Shown here in pieces: positions 9,450-19,818 of a stretch of DNA of 64,000 bases. The notes below the pieces were generated by a model. It was not told the origin of the DNA, did not search any database, and saw only the letters and a program-made list of their open reading frames with translations. Position numbers and translations under genes: made by a program. Position 1 is the stretch's first letter. Every line of letters begins with the position of its first letter. Origin of the DNA: Candidatus Obscuribacteraceae bacterium (GTDB lineage Bacteria; Cyanobacteriota; Vampirovibrionia; Obscuribacterales; Obscuribacteraceae); the NCBI GenBank assembly GCA_044226015.1, contig JBGAHS010000012.1, positions 32,001 through 96,000 on the forward strand. Direction: 5' to 3'.

Positions 9450-10655
9450 GTGATAAGTAATCCAAAAATATTTGAAAGCAACCCTCTGTGGGGAATAGAC
9501 TGGCAAAATGTTCGTCAGCAATGGTCATTAGACTACTCGATTTTTCAATTCAGTCATGGGGCGTATGGAGCTTGCCCTGATCTGGTGTATCAAAAGCAAA
9601 AGCGTATGCTTGATCACATACAGAAAAATCCGACTGGGTTCTTTCGCCGAGAGTTGCTACCACTACTAGAGTCAGCACGATTACAGGTTGCGGAGTATTG
9701 TGGCGCGAATCCGAACAATCTGGCTTGGGTGAGAAACGCGACTGATGGCATGACAGTTGCAATAAATGCACTTTCGGTCGACGCAAACGATGAGCTGCTC
9801 ATCACAGATCACATCTACGAGTCTGTTCGCGTAGCAGTTCAGCGCTCTAGCAAACAAACAGGAGTTCGAATTGTAGAGGCAAAAGTTCCGCTTACTTCAA
9901 GTGATGATGAGCTAATTGCAGCTATTGAGTCAAAGCTAAGTTGCCGCACGAAGGCCGTCATCATCGATGAAATCGCTTCACCTACTGGGCGCATTTTTCC
10001 TGTATCTAGAATCGCTGAAATAACTAAATCTCGAAGAATTCCGCTCTTGGTGGATGCTGCCCATGCACCAGGTATGCTGCTGCTCGATGTGGAAAACTGT
10101 GGAGCCGACATCTGGGTTGGAAACTTTCATAAATGGGTTTGTGCTCCTCACGTTGCAGGAGTTCTGTGGGCGAGCCCTGAATGGCACGATAGATTGCTTC
10201 CTCTGAGTGCCAGCTTTAGAGAGCCTTTGTCTTACCCACACAATTTTGGAAGACTGGGTACAGACGATTTAACTCCCGCTATTCATGTTCCAGATGCAAT
10301 CGAATTCTTGAATAATCTCGGCGCTGAGAAGGTGCGAAATTACAGTTGTGAACTGGCTCTGTACGGTGCAAAAGTTATCGCTGAGGCTTTGAAGACAGAG
10401 CCTGTGCCAGGCAGGTTTGCTGCGCGAACCCCAATTGCATTGCCTGCAGGCGTTGCGAATACCGATGAAATCGCATACGCAATGCAAGCTGAAATAGCGA
10501 CCGAACTTGCGGCAGAACTCTCGGTGGCGGGTCCACTAAATAACGGATCAGCAGGCTACATTCTCATCTCGGCTTTTGCCTATAATCATCCCGATGAATA
10601 TCACTTATTTGCCGAACGATTAGTGGCTTGGCTGAAGTCAAAATCACTAATCTAG
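9450..10655 (+). CDS. Class V PLP-dependent enzyme (isopenicillin-N epimerase/L-cysteine desulfhydrase/EgtE-like)
   Basis: SHGAYG, RNATDG, VDAAH, GNFHKW (PLP lysine), GTDD; start uncertain (GTG 9450 vs TTG 9390). Confidence 0.8.
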   Translation: MISNPKIFESNPLWGIDWQNVRQQWSLDYSIFQFSHGAYGACPDLVYQKQKRMLDHIQKNPTGFFRRELLPLLESARLQVAEYCGANPNNLAWVRNATDGMTVAINALSVDANDELLITDHIYESVRVAVQRSSKQTGVRIVEAKVPLTSSDDELIAAIESKLSCRTKAVIIDEIASPTGRIFPVSRIAEITKSRRIPLLVDAAHAPGMLLLDVENCGADIWVGNFHKWVCAPHVAGVLWASPEWHDRLLPLSASFREPLSYPHNFGRLGTDDLTPAIHVPDAIEFLNNLGAEKVRNYSCELALYGAKVIAEALKTEPVPGRFAARTPIALPAGVANTDEIAYAMQAEIATELAAELSVAGPLNNGSAGYILISAFAYNHPDEYHLFAERLVAWLKSKSLI

Positions 10656-10780
10656 CTGTGGAGAAATCGTGCGATGTGTTTTGATTGCTTGCTGAAGTTT
10701 GGGCTCTTTGGCTGTGCATAGACCAATCCATAATCAAAGAATCCTGTAGAAGGATCCCGCTGGCAATGCGTTGGGCGATA

Positions 10781-11965
10781 CTACTTGTTGAGAATGCTCT
10801 GAAATTTCTTTTCGGAGCTGAGTTTCTCTGCTATGACAGGGAAGAGTTTTACTCCGCCATAAGCGTTGAGGTGCACTGTGTCTAGATAATCTGTAGGCTG
10901 GAAAAGCCCACTATCGCTGAGGTCGAACCATTCAGCATTGTTTTGTTTGCATGTTTTGGAAACATCTGCGCGAAACTTCGTCCAGAATTTTTCAGGAAGC
11001 AATTTCCTGTTTTCTGGCGTGGTTGGCATAGCCACTACCATGACGGTGATGCCTTGTTTGTTGAGATTGCTCAACCATTGTTGAAAGAACTGCATTTCAG
11101 CTGCGTAGGAAGAGCTTGCAGGGTCTCTGAAGCGTTCTTTGTACTCGGCTGTATTATCTACGCGTGAGGGAACTGCTCTAGCTGGCACCATCGAAGTGCC
11201 TGGTTCTACGCGCGAGATTGAGGTGCTTTCGTATTCAGCTTTGCTAGGCTCAGCATATTTGTTTAAGGACAGTTTGCTGGCTGTCTTAATAGGTAACTTT
11301 TCTATTTCAGCACCTAATCGTGAAAAGAAATCAGGGTAAGCTTTGGCATCATCTTTGGCCACATCAAGAAATCTGGAGAAGAACTTGTAGTGGTCTGTTG
11401 ACGCTGGGCAAGGCAATGTGTTGTCGATAAAATCTCTCGGTGCGATAGTGGCAATAACTAGCTTTGGCTTTTTCGTGTTTGTGAAAAGAGCTTTGCTAAT
11501 AACATAAGAGTCTGAAATCATTTGCCCGGGGCTTCCGAGGCTGAATATGGAAACATCATGCCCCAGCCGCTGTTTCAGCTGGCTTCCGAGGAAGGACATT
11601 TGTCTATGTGCCAGCACATCAAGCAACTTTGATTCGAAGTTAGCGTCAGCCGAGATATGTGCGGAACCCAAAAGCGAACTTCCGAATACCACCACATCTG
11701 GTGCTGCTGGAAGCTCCTGATAATATCTGGCGAGCCACCAGGCCCAACTGTGACTCTGCTTGATATTGTTGGCTTGCTCTTCAGCTGCTTGCTGCAAAAC
11801 TTCGGGGATTTGACGAGGCTCAGTTTTGGAGTTTGAAATCGCCCAATTTATGCCAGCAAAAAAAACTAGAGCTGCAAAAAATGCTGTGCTGAAAAAGGCT
11901 GCAGAGTACTTTCTGCTGTTTACTGCAATCTTCTCATTTTCTGTTTGTGGCTTAAGAGTTTGCAT
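10781..11965 (-). CDS. Membrane-anchored SGNH/DltD/DUF1574-like protein, paralogue 3
   Basis: N-terminal TM, FGSS, PGQMISD, APRDFID, DTVHLN. Confidence 0.75.
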   Translation of the reverse strand: MQTLKPQTENEKIAVNSRKYSAAFFSTAFFAALVFFAGINWAISNSKTEPRQIPEVLQQAAEEQANNIKQSHSWAWWLARYYQELPAAPDVVVFGSSLLGSAHISADANFESKLLDVLAHRQMSFLGSQLKQRLGHDVSIFSLGSPGQMISDSYVISKALFTNTKKPKLVIATIAPRDFIDNTLPCPASTDHYKFFSRFLDVAKDDAKAYPDFFSRLGAEIEKLPIKTASKLSLNKYAEPSKAEYESTSISRVEPGTSMVPARAVPSRVDNTAEYKERFRDPASSSYAAEMQFFQQWLSNLNKQGITVMVVAMPTTPENRKLLPEKFWTKFRADVSKTCKQNNAEWFDLSDSGLFQPTDYLDTVHLNAYGGVKLFPVIAEKLSSEKKFQSILNK

Positions 11966-11974
11966 TCCGCTTCC

Positions 11975-13282
11975 TTAGAAAGTTGGTACTACGGGGCGAG
12001 ATGCAATGTCTTTCTGTTTGGCAAAATGCTGTCCAGACATCTCTACGATGGCGCTAACGCGCGGGTCTATCTTCATATAGTTAGTTAGACGGTCCAAGAA
12101 TTTCTGTCCACCAAATGCGTTCAAATGAACGGTGTCATGGTATTCCTTGCGGGTGAATGCGCTGAAATCGTTTGTGTCATAAACGGCAATGCGATTTCGA
12201 ATTCCGAACTCTCTTAGCTGCTGCAGATAACCGATGTAACCGCCTGGTTTCAGCAAAGCGATGTTTTCCAGGCTGATAGGCATGTTTACGACTATGAATT
12301 CGATGCGTTCTTTACGGCAGAATTCGGCAATCTTACTCAGGAAGAACATCTGTGTGTTGAATGTATGTTTGTCTGGGTTTTTGTACCGTTGCTTGTATTC
12401 AACAGTATTGTCTGTATACTTCGCTTCTGCAGTTGCGCGGTCTATCGGACCAGCCATCACAGCTTCTGGGTGAATTTCTGCCGGCAGATAATTTGGAAGC
12501 AGCTTCTGTCTGTCCCACCAGGTGAAGGGTGTCTTGCTCCACGGACGGGGGGCGAGCACAGCCAAAACATTTGACCAGGCACCGTCAAATGCTCCTCTAA
12601 TGTCAACGCTGTGGTGATACAGATAAAGGTTACGCTGCATCAGCCAATCGACCTTGCTCCACGGAGAGCGAAATACTTTTGCTGCTACATCATCTATGTT
12701 GACTATGCGGGTGATGTACTTGAACGCATCGGTGTCACCAGGGGCGGTGAGTGTGCTGTCGATAAAGTCTCTTGGGGCCACACCATATATGACGATATCA
12801 GGACGGTTAGCGCTGGCTACCATGCCTTTCAGTGTGATGTAGGCATCAGATGGCATTTGTCCTGGTGCTGCCAGGCTGCAAGACTCAAATTCAGTGTTTG
12901 GGAAACTGCGTTTTAACGCGTCTTCCAGGTAAACAGAACGGTGATGATTTGTCAGGTCTAACCCTTTGTTCAAATAGTTGGCATCGCAGCCGGCCAGCGC
13001 ACTTACCATGGTTGAAGAGCCAAGTAAGGCGATATTACTTACGCGCGTTGTCTGACGCAATTCGTTGAATTGCCACCAGGCCCAGCCATGATAGTTGAAA
13101 TGGTATGGGTCAAAGGGAAAAGGTGTGAAGAAGGTGCAGGCTGCATTCAAAACGGCAAAAATCGCTGCAGCAAGCAAAAATTTGCTGCGGAAACGATACT
13201 TCCTGGGTTCATGCTTCAGTTCAGGATGTTCGCTTTGATGAGCTGGCGTAGCGACAGCTTTATCTGGCGCCTGCACCGTCAT
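11975..13282 (-). CDS. Membrane-anchored SGNH/DltD/DUF1574-like protein, paralogue 2
   Basis: N-terminal TM, LGSS, PGQMPSD, APRDFID, DTVHLN. Confidence 0.75.
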   Translation of the reverse strand: MTVQAPDKAVATPAHQSEHPELKHEPRKYRFRSKFLLAAAIFAVLNAACTFFTPFPFDPYHFNYHGWAWWQFNELRQTTRVSNIALLGSSTMVSALAGCDANYLNKGLDLTNHHRSVYLEDALKRSFPNTEFESCSLAAPGQMPSDAYITLKGMVASANRPDIVIYGVAPRDFIDSTLTAPGDTDAFKYITRIVNIDDVAAKVFRSPWSKVDWLMQRNLYLYHHSVDIRGAFDGAWSNVLAVLAPRPWSKTPFTWWDRQKLLPNYLPAEIHPEAVMAGPIDRATAEAKYTDNTVEYKQRYKNPDKHTFNTQMFFLSKIAEFCRKERIEFIVVNMPISLENIALLKPGGYIGYLQQLREFGIRNRIAVYDTNDFSAFTRKEYHDTVHLNAFGGQKFLDRLTNYMKIDPRVSAIVEMSGQHFAKQKDIASRPVVPTF

Positions 13283-14493
13283 AGGCGCTCTCCTCTTTCT
13301 GCTACCTGAGTATCAGCATGCTTGTTTTGCAGGGCTGAAAGAACTGATTGGTCGACGGCTAATTGATCCGTCAGCAAGTCAAACAATCTCTTGCCACCAC
13401 CTGAATGCAGGTGTACTGTGTCACCAAAATCTTTCTGGCTGAATTCAGGACTCTTGGAAAAATCGACGAGACTGCATCCTTTCTCCTTGGCTAAGCTGAT
13501 GACGCCATTGCGATATGCGTTCCAGGCCTGGTCGCTGAGCAGGCTGCGATTGAGTTCGGTGATAGGCATAGTTACGACCACAACTTTGATGCCGCGCGCC
13601 TGTGCTGTCTCGATTGTCTCCTTGAAAAAACGCATCTGGGAATTGTATGTTTCCCATTTCATTTTCTTGTAGCGTTTCCTGTACTCATCTAAATTGTCCA
13701 CGAAGTTGCCTTGCTGTTCGCCCGTCATCGGACGAAACCAGGCTTGTCCCTTCAAAATTTCAGTTGGATGGTAGTCGGGCATCAACGCTCTGCGCTCATC
13801 GAACGTTGCAGCTCTCTCTCCCAGGGGCACTGGCAGTGCTTCGTCGAGAACATTGCTAGCGAGTTTGTTAGCATTGTTTGCTATATCGACACGCTTGCCA
13901 TAGAAGTAGCAAGCTTTGCCGAGAACAAAATCAAGCCGTTCTTGCCAGTCGGTCATTAACCTGGTGGCAAATGGCGTGACGTCACCAAATCGCGAAATGA
14001 AACGAAAAGGGTCAGTTGATGCTGGGCTAGGAAGCATGTTGTCGAGGAAGTCTCGAGGACCTACTCCGTAAACGATAACTTCTGGCTTTTTATCGCCTTT
14101 CAATAAATTGTTGACGATCAAAAACGCATCGGATGGCATTTCGCCCGGCAGCGCAAATGTGAAGGTGCTGGTGTTTATACCAGCTTTCTTCTTCATTTCA
14201 TTTTCGAAGTAGGCTGAATGATGGTGCTGGCTGCCATCAACCCGTTTGTTCAAGAAGTCGGCATCCACTCCATCCAGTGGTACAAGCATCAGAGAAGAAC
14301 CGAGAAATACAAGTTCAGGGGCTTTCTTCTGTTCAAGAAAGTCCTTGATAGTCCATGCTGTCCAACTCAAAAACGGAAAGTCTTCCGGTTTTGCGCTGGC
14401 AAACTGCAGGTACCCTGCGCCTGCAGCCAGCATTGAGAATGCCAGCAATGCTGCGGCAAATCTCGTTTTAACTAGTCCCTGTAGAGCTCCCAT
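13279..14493 (-). CDS. Membrane-anchored SGNH/DltD/DUF1574-like protein, paralogue 1
   Basis: N-terminal TM/signal, LGSS, PGEMPSD, GPRDFLD, DTVHLH; 4-bp overlap with the next gene. Confidence 0.75.
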   Translation of the reverse strand: MGALQGLVKTRFAAALLAFSMLAAGAGYLQFASAKPEDFPFLSWTAWTIKDFLEQKKAPELVFLGSSLMLVPLDGVDADFLNKRVDGSQHHHSAYFENEMKKKAGINTSTFTFALPGEMPSDAFLIVNNLLKGDKKPEVIVYGVGPRDFLDNMLPSPASTDPFRFISRFGDVTPFATRLMTDWQERLDFVLGKACYFYGKRVDIANNANKLASNVLDEALPVPLGERAATFDERRALMPDYHPTEILKGQAWFRPMTGEQQGNFVDNLDEYRKRYKKMKWETYNSQMRFFKETIETAQARGIKVVVVTMPITELNRSLLSDQAWNAYRNGVISLAKEKGCSLVDFSKSPEFSQKDFGDTVHLHSGGGKRLFDLLTDQLAVDQSVLSALQNKHADTQVAERGERL

Positions 14494-14556
14494 TTTTATG
14501 GTGCCTCGTTTCCTTGATTCCTGTATTTCTAGTTTTCGACTGTTGCCAGCCTCACT

Positions 14557-16014
14557 CTAGAACTGGAAGTAGATGAACTTCGGTGATGTATCAGGGCTGA
14601 AGATGGTCAAAATGCAAAGCATTGCAACCATTACGCCGACTTGCACCGGCCATGGTGGATTGAGGTAGAACTTCTTGTCATTGAGCCAATTCACAACAAC
14701 GTGAGCAATCATCAACAGTGGAATCAATACAAGAATTGAAGGGAAGATGATCGGGTCGCGAATCTGGAGAATGGTCAGTTGCGACATACTGAAGTTCATT
14801 AATGCCTGTGGTACTTCAGCGAGTTTGCTCAGAACCTGCATTGCATTTTGTTCTGTTTCAGCGCGGAACAGTACCCAGCCAACACACACAAAGTGGAATG
14901 TGACGATTACGGAAAGCACATGATAGAGCTTCGATTTGACGAGCTTCTGGTGCACGCCGAGCTTTTCCATTGTCTCAACATACATTTTGTGAGCAATTAG
15001 AAGAAGTCCTTGATAGACGCCCCAGAGCAAGTAGTGGTTAGCAGCTCCGTGCCAGAGTCCGCCAAGTGCCATGGTTATGAAAAGGTTTCTGTAAACCATG
15101 GCTTTGCTGCAGCGAGATCCACCTAATGGAATAAAGAGGTAGTCGCGCAGCCATGTGGACAAGCTGATGTGCCAACGGTGCCAGAAATCAGCTGCATTTG
15201 CTGCAAGATATGGCAGATTGAAGTTGATTGGAACTTTGTAGCCAAACAAAAGAGCAGAACCGCGAGCTATATCTGTATAGCCTGCGAAGTCGAAGAAGAT
15301 CTGAAAAGCGAATGCATATGTGATGAGCCACATATCTACAGAGCCGAATTTCTCTGGGTGCGAGAACCCTGCTTGCACTACGAGTGCGAGGTTGTCTGCA
15401 AGCAAGACTTTCTTGCAGAGTCCCATGAGAATTAATTGCATTCCCTGATCAACATATTCCCATTTGAATTTGGCGGGAATATCGAGCTGAGGAATAAAGT
15501 CCTGATAGCGTTTGATAGGACCGGCAATCTGCGTCGGGAAGAATGACGCGAAAAGCGCAAAGTCCATGAATTTCTTGACTGCTGGTTTGCCTCTGTACAC
15601 TTCAACTGCATAGTGGATGAACTCGAACACGAAGAAGGAAATGCCGAGTGGAAGAATGATATGCAGATGTGGTTCGTGCCAGTTTACGTGGAACAGGTTT
15701 AGACCTGTTTTGACACAATCCATACCGAAGTAGGCATATTTGAAGATGCCGAGTGTGATGAGATTGAGAGCCACTACGAGCCCCAGCCACCATTTCTTTT
15801 TGGATACGTCCTCTGATTTTGCAATCAAAGGCACCAGCAAAAAGTTGCCGAGGGTAAGACCGAAAATCAGCAGCCCGTATATTGGGCGCCAGGTCATGTA
15901 GAATATGTAGCTTGCCACCAAAAGTAGTGGCACTCTTAATCTGTGTGGGCAAAGCCAGAACAGCAAAAACACTGTTGGCAAGAACACAAGATATTGAAGG
16001 CTATTGAAAAGCAA
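14557..16014 (-). CDS. MBOAT O-acyltransferase, AlgI/PatA type
   Basis: MLFNS start, LPLGISFF, AGPIKR, DFAGYTDIA, NFNLPY, FWHRWHISLSTWLRDYLF, GLWHGA, C-terminal FIYFQF. Confidence 0.92.
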   Translation of the reverse strand: MLFNSLQYLVFLPTVFLLFWLCPHRLRVPLLLVASYIFYMTWRPIYGLLIFGLTLGNFLLVPLIAKSEDVSKKKWWLGLVVALNLITLGIFKYAYFGMDCVKTGLNLFHVNWHEPHLHIILPLGISFFVFEFIHYAVEVYRGKPAVKKFMDFALFASFFPTQIAGPIKRYQDFIPQLDIPAKFKWEYVDQGMQLILMGLCKKVLLADNLALVVQAGFSHPEKFGSVDMWLITYAFAFQIFFDFAGYTDIARGSALLFGYKVPINFNLPYLAANAADFWHRWHISLSTWLRDYLFIPLGGSRCSKAMVYRNLFITMALGGLWHGAANHYLLWGVYQGLLLIAHKMYVETMEKLGVHQKLVKSKLYHVLSVIVTFHFVCVGWVLFRAETEQNAMQVLSKLAEVPQALMNFSMSQLTILQIRDPIIFPSILVLIPLLMIAHVVVNWLNDKKFYLNPPWPVQVGVMVAMLCILTIFSPDTSPKFIYFQF

Positions 16015-16366
16015 ACCAAGCTCTCCTTCTTCTTAGGATCACGTTGACAGTAGTTTGGAGTAAAACCCCGAAAGTGTCATTAGACGCCGCAAACGAAGTT
16101 GCCATTTGGCGACTGGCAAATCATAGTCGGTGGATTTCAAGTATGTCCATATGCCCACACTTGTCTTAACTTAAGAATGTTCTTCGGTAGCTTGAATGCT
16201 CCTTATGACAAGCTTTTGCAAGGATGTATATGCATCAGGCTTCGACATAAATCGCTGTTCAAAAATTAACTCAATTAAAGCTTGTTCCTTTCTTTTGACA
16301 TCTTCTGTGTGACATTAATTCGAGACTGAATTCTTCTAAATGATTATGTCTGTCCAATAAAACTCT

Positions 16367-16806
16367 TTGCTTGATTCGCGGAGGATATCTGACATATTTG
16401 TGCGAAATATCTGCAGAATTGGTGATATCTCAATTCTGCGTGCTGGGCAAGAACTCAAACTGCCAACCGCGGAGATGATTGTCCTTCAGAGTCGGCAGTT
16501 TCGTCCATTGCAGGTCAGTGGTCGGGCGATCGCATCCCTACAAGAAACACGAATGCGCATAAGCTTCTCGATGGATCTATCGCGCATATGAGTGAATTCT
16601 CGATACCATATGCGATATCACAGTTTCCTGTGATAAATGAGCTGCGCTACGCTAGTGATTCGCATAAGCGAATTACTTTTGGACGGCTGCTCAAAAATGC
16701 CATCATTCTCCAAACGATGGGAGTCAAGCGCGGACGCTACAAAATTGATAACCCCGCTCCTGTTTTAGAACATGCTGAGGATAAGCTTGCCAGCAATTCA
16801 ATCTAG
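16367..16806 (+). pseudogene. Possible degraded remnant with a LysM-like fragment
   Basis: Two short abutting ORFs; ICRIGDISILRAGQELKLP resembles the C-terminal half of LysM; no convincing start. Confidence 0.25.
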
Positions 16807-16977
16807 TTGCTCAGTTAGTGGACTTTTTGCCATCCCATGTTTTATAAAGTCCATAATTGATACGTGCAGAAATATCAACACTAAATAGTGCATTGAGCTG
16901 AGGGCTATGCACCACGCTCAATGCGGTCTGCTAACTGAAGACTTCACTCCAAATCGTAGGCTGCTTGCTGAAACGCG

Positions 16978-17700
16978 CTAATTCAAATCGCCGGGCTGCT
17001 TGCTGAAACCTTCTGGAACAAGTTGGTAGCCGCCACCATATACGGTTCTGATGTATTTGCGATCACCAGATTCTAATCGGGTGCGCAAATGGCGAATATG
17101 TACGCGAATTGTGTCTACATCATCATCCGGAGAATAGCCCCAGACTTCCTCGAGTAGTTTGCCAGTAGATACTGTTTGTCCATGGTGTTGCATCAAGCAA
17201 TGCAGTATTTCAAACTCAGTCGGAGTTAGTTTGACAACGCGCTCTTTCACCTTAGCCTGAAGATTCTCGGGCACCAGAGTGATTTCACCCGCGGTGAGTA
17301 TTTCGGGTAGAGACGCCGACTGCGGAACAGAACCTGCTCTTCTAAGCAGTGCGCGCACTCTTACCTGCAGTTCTGGAATTTCGAACGGCTTTGGAAGATA
17401 GTCATCAGCACCAGAGTCAAAACCTTTGACTTTGTCTTTAATCATTGTAAGTGCAGTCAACATCAAAACAGGAATGCCGGCTGTGGCAGCATTCTGTCTC
17501 AGTCTCTGACAAACAGTGAACCCGTCGAGGTCTGGCATCATTACGTCAAGCACGATGAGGTCTGGACGATTTTGCTGCGCAAGTGCCAGTCCTTTCATTC
17601 CATCATTAGCAGTAGTAACTTGGTGTCCGAGCAAGTCAAGATTTACCTTGATAAGCTCTGCGATGGCTATGTCATCGTCGATTACCAGAATTCTGGCCAA
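16978..17700 (-). CDS. rpaA: OmpR-family response regulator, cyanobacterial RpaA-like
   Basis: [58 protein letters not shown] closely match RpaA as recalled. Confidence 0.8.
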   Translation of the reverse strand: MARILVIDDDIAIAELIKVNLDLLGHQVTTANDGMKGLALAQQNRPDLIVLDVMMPDLDGFTVCQRLRQNAATAGIPVLMLTALTMIKDKVKGFDSGADDYLPKPFEIPELQVRVRALLRRAGSVPQSASLPEILTAGEITLVPENLQAKVKERVVKLTPTEFEILHCLMQHHGQTVSTGKLLEEVWGYSPDDDVDTIRVHIRHLRTRLESGDRKYIRTVYGGGYQLVPEGFSKQPGDLN

Positions 17701-17736
17701 AGGTTGTCTCCTGTGTGTGTACTGAACCTGGAGGGG

Positions 17737-19806
17737 CTATTTCGCGTCTCCTAATTTTACTGGAAGTCGAGTTACTTGCCCCTGCCTTAAAACATTCAGT
17801 GTAACCACTTGACCCGGTTTTTTGGTCTCTACATAGCTGAGCAAATCATCAACTGAGGCAACCCTCTGGCTATCAACCCCAATTATGGTGTCAGCGCTTG
17901 AATTGTCAACCTGAACAAAATCGAAGCCATTAATTTTTCCGCGGCGAACGGTGGGTCCATGCAAGCCTGCCTCTGCTGCAGGTCCCTGTGGGTCAATTGC
18001 CGTAATCATAAGTCCGACATCAGTTGGAGTCACTTTGAGGATTCCAAGGTTCGGACGCAGAACGACGCCATGAGCAATCAGTTGTGGAACGATTCTCTTG
18101 ACTACGTTAATTGGAATCGCAAATCCTATTCCAGCACTTTGCTGAACCTTGCCAAGAATAGCTGTGGTAACTCCGATCATATTTCCCTGGGTGTCTAATA
18201 ATGGACCGCCAGAGTTTCCTGGATTGATTGCTGCATCTGTTTGCAGTACACCTTTAATGACTCTGCCATTTTCTGTGCGCATTGTTCGTCCAACGCTGGA
18301 TATGATGCCAGACGTCATTGTCAGGTCTAATCCAAATGGATTTCCAATTGCGTAAACACGTCTGCCAACCTCCAGTCGGCTGGAGTCGCCGAATTTTATA
18401 GTTGCAAGTTTTCTTGTTCCTGGTTCAATCTTCAAGACCGCCAGGTCATTGTCGGGGTCAGTACCAACCAGTTTTGCTTGGAAGGTGGTGCCATCGAACA
18501 GAGACACTCGCACCATGCTTGCACCATTCACCACGTGGTTGTTGGTGAGAATGTATCCGTCAGTAGAAATAATTGAACCAGAGCCAGTTTCGCTGGGTGA
18601 AGTCATGCCGAACATTACGGCTTCGGGGCTGGTGTTGATGGTTGTGACGTTGACAACAGCCTTGCTATCAGTTTTATAGACACGAATATTTGTTGCTTCT
18701 TCTGCTGTCACCGGCGCTGGTGGCGCTGAAGTGAAAACATCGGGCAAATTCTCATTGGATGAGTTGCTGTTTTTTGTATCTGCCTTATCCGCTTTTACTT
18801 TTTTCGTGCTTGAATTTGCCGCGATTTTTATAGAGGCTGATTTCGCTTGCCAGGAACTTTGTTTGCCCTCTTGAGCGAGCGCCGGTTTTTCAGCTGGCGT
18901 TGTATTGCTCGCACTTACGTTGCTCGCAATGCCCATCGACAGCGAAAGCAACAAAACTATTGCTCCGGCGGTATTCTTGAAATCACCTTTTTGTTTCTCG
19001 TCAGCTTTCATATTCTTTTCTTCGCCCGTTTTGTTGTCTTCACTACTTTTTTTTTCTTCGTTTGGATTGCTCTGATCTTCGCTGATGCTCTGACTCTCTT
19101 GTGTTTCAGCGTCTCTGGCTTTCTTCCCGATCTTCGGTTCAGTTCCGTTAAGTAATCGTTTGATGTTAGCCTGATGGCGCAAAATTACGTAACTGCTCCC
19201 AACTATATTGAATATCACGAAACTCGGCCGCGTGCCGTGTGTGAAATAGTGCATAAGAAAGGGACCCGACACTGCGGCTGCGATTGACCCGAGTGATACG
19301 TACTTCTTTATGTAGATAGTTGAAACGAAAACGATGAACATGCACAATCCGGCCAGAGGGTTCATCGCTGCTAATGCTCCCAATCCTGTGGCAGCACTCT
19401 TGCCGCCACCAAAATTCAGGAATATTGATTTGGCGTGAGCTAGCAGCGCAATGAATGCAACGATTGCTGGAAGAATGTAGTAGTGTGCAAAGGCTGTTTC
19501 GAAGGCTCCGCCTTTATCTTCGGGACCAAGCAAATACAACCAGGGCGGCAGGTCGACAAAACGTTCCGATATTGGGGCTGATGCCGCAATCGCTAAAACT
19601 ACTGGGAATGCGCCCTTGAACATATCGAAAATCAGAACGAAGACAGCCGGACCTTTTCCAACGCAGCGAAGCACATTCGTTGCGCCGGTTGAGCAGCTAC
19701 CTTCTTTTCGGATATCGATGCCTTTTAGTACTTTCCCGATCCAATACCCAGTCGGTATTGCGCCCATGAAATAGGAAAAGATGCAAATTATGGTCGCAGC
19801 AAGCAT
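17737..19806 (-). CDS. plsY: Fusion of PlsY glycerol-3-phosphate acyltransferase and HtrA/DegP-family protease (trypsin + PDZ)
   Basis: N-half GSCSTGATNVLR, GGKSAAT, RHQANIKRLLNGTEPK; C-half TNNHVV, DLAVLK, INPGNSGGP and PDZ; internal ATG at 19011 followed by a signal-peptide-like segment. Confidence 0.85.
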   Translation of the reverse strand: MLAATIICIFSYFMGAIPTGYWIGKVLKGIDIRKEGSCSTGATNVLRCVGKGPAVFVLIFDMFKGAFPVVLAIAASAPISERFVDLPPWLYLLGPEDKGGAFETAFAHYYILPAIVAFIALLAHAKSIFLNFGGGKSAATGLGALAAMNPLAGLCMFIVFVSTIYIKKYVSLGSIAAAVSGPFLMHYFTHGTRPSFVIFNIVGSSYVILRHQANIKRLLNGTEPKIGKKARDAETQESQSISEDQSNPNEEKKSSEDNKTGEEKNMKADEKQKGDFKNTAGAIVLLLSLSMGIASNVSASNTTPAEKPALAQEGKQSSWQAKSASIKIAANSSTKKVKADKADTKNSNSSNENLPDVFTSAPPAPVTAEEATNIRVYKTDSKAVVNVTTINTSPEAVMFGMTSPSETGSGSIISTDGYILTNNHVVNGASMVRVSLFDGTTFQAKLVGTDPDNDLAVLKIEPGTRKLATIKFGDSSRLEVGRRVYAIGNPFGLDLTMTSGIISSVGRTMRTENGRVIKGVLQTDAAINPGNSGGPLLDTQGNMIGVTTAILGKVQQSAGIGFAIPINVVKRIVPQLIAHGVVLRPNLGILKVTPTDVGLMITAIDPQGPAAEAGLHGPTVRRGKINGFDFVQVDNSSADTIIGVDSQRVASVDDLLSYVETKKPGQVVTLNVLRQGQVTRLPVKLGDAK

Positions 19807-19818
19807 CGTGAATGCCCT

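Noticed and set aside
9450..10655. Beta-lactam or ergothioneine biosynthesis implied by the CefD/EgtE-like gene
   Set aside because: No partner pathway genes nearby; the family is functionally broad.
16526..16533. HIP1 octamer GCGATCGC
   Set aside because: Noticed only once by eye, so no sign of cyanobacterial-style enrichment (not exhaustively counted).
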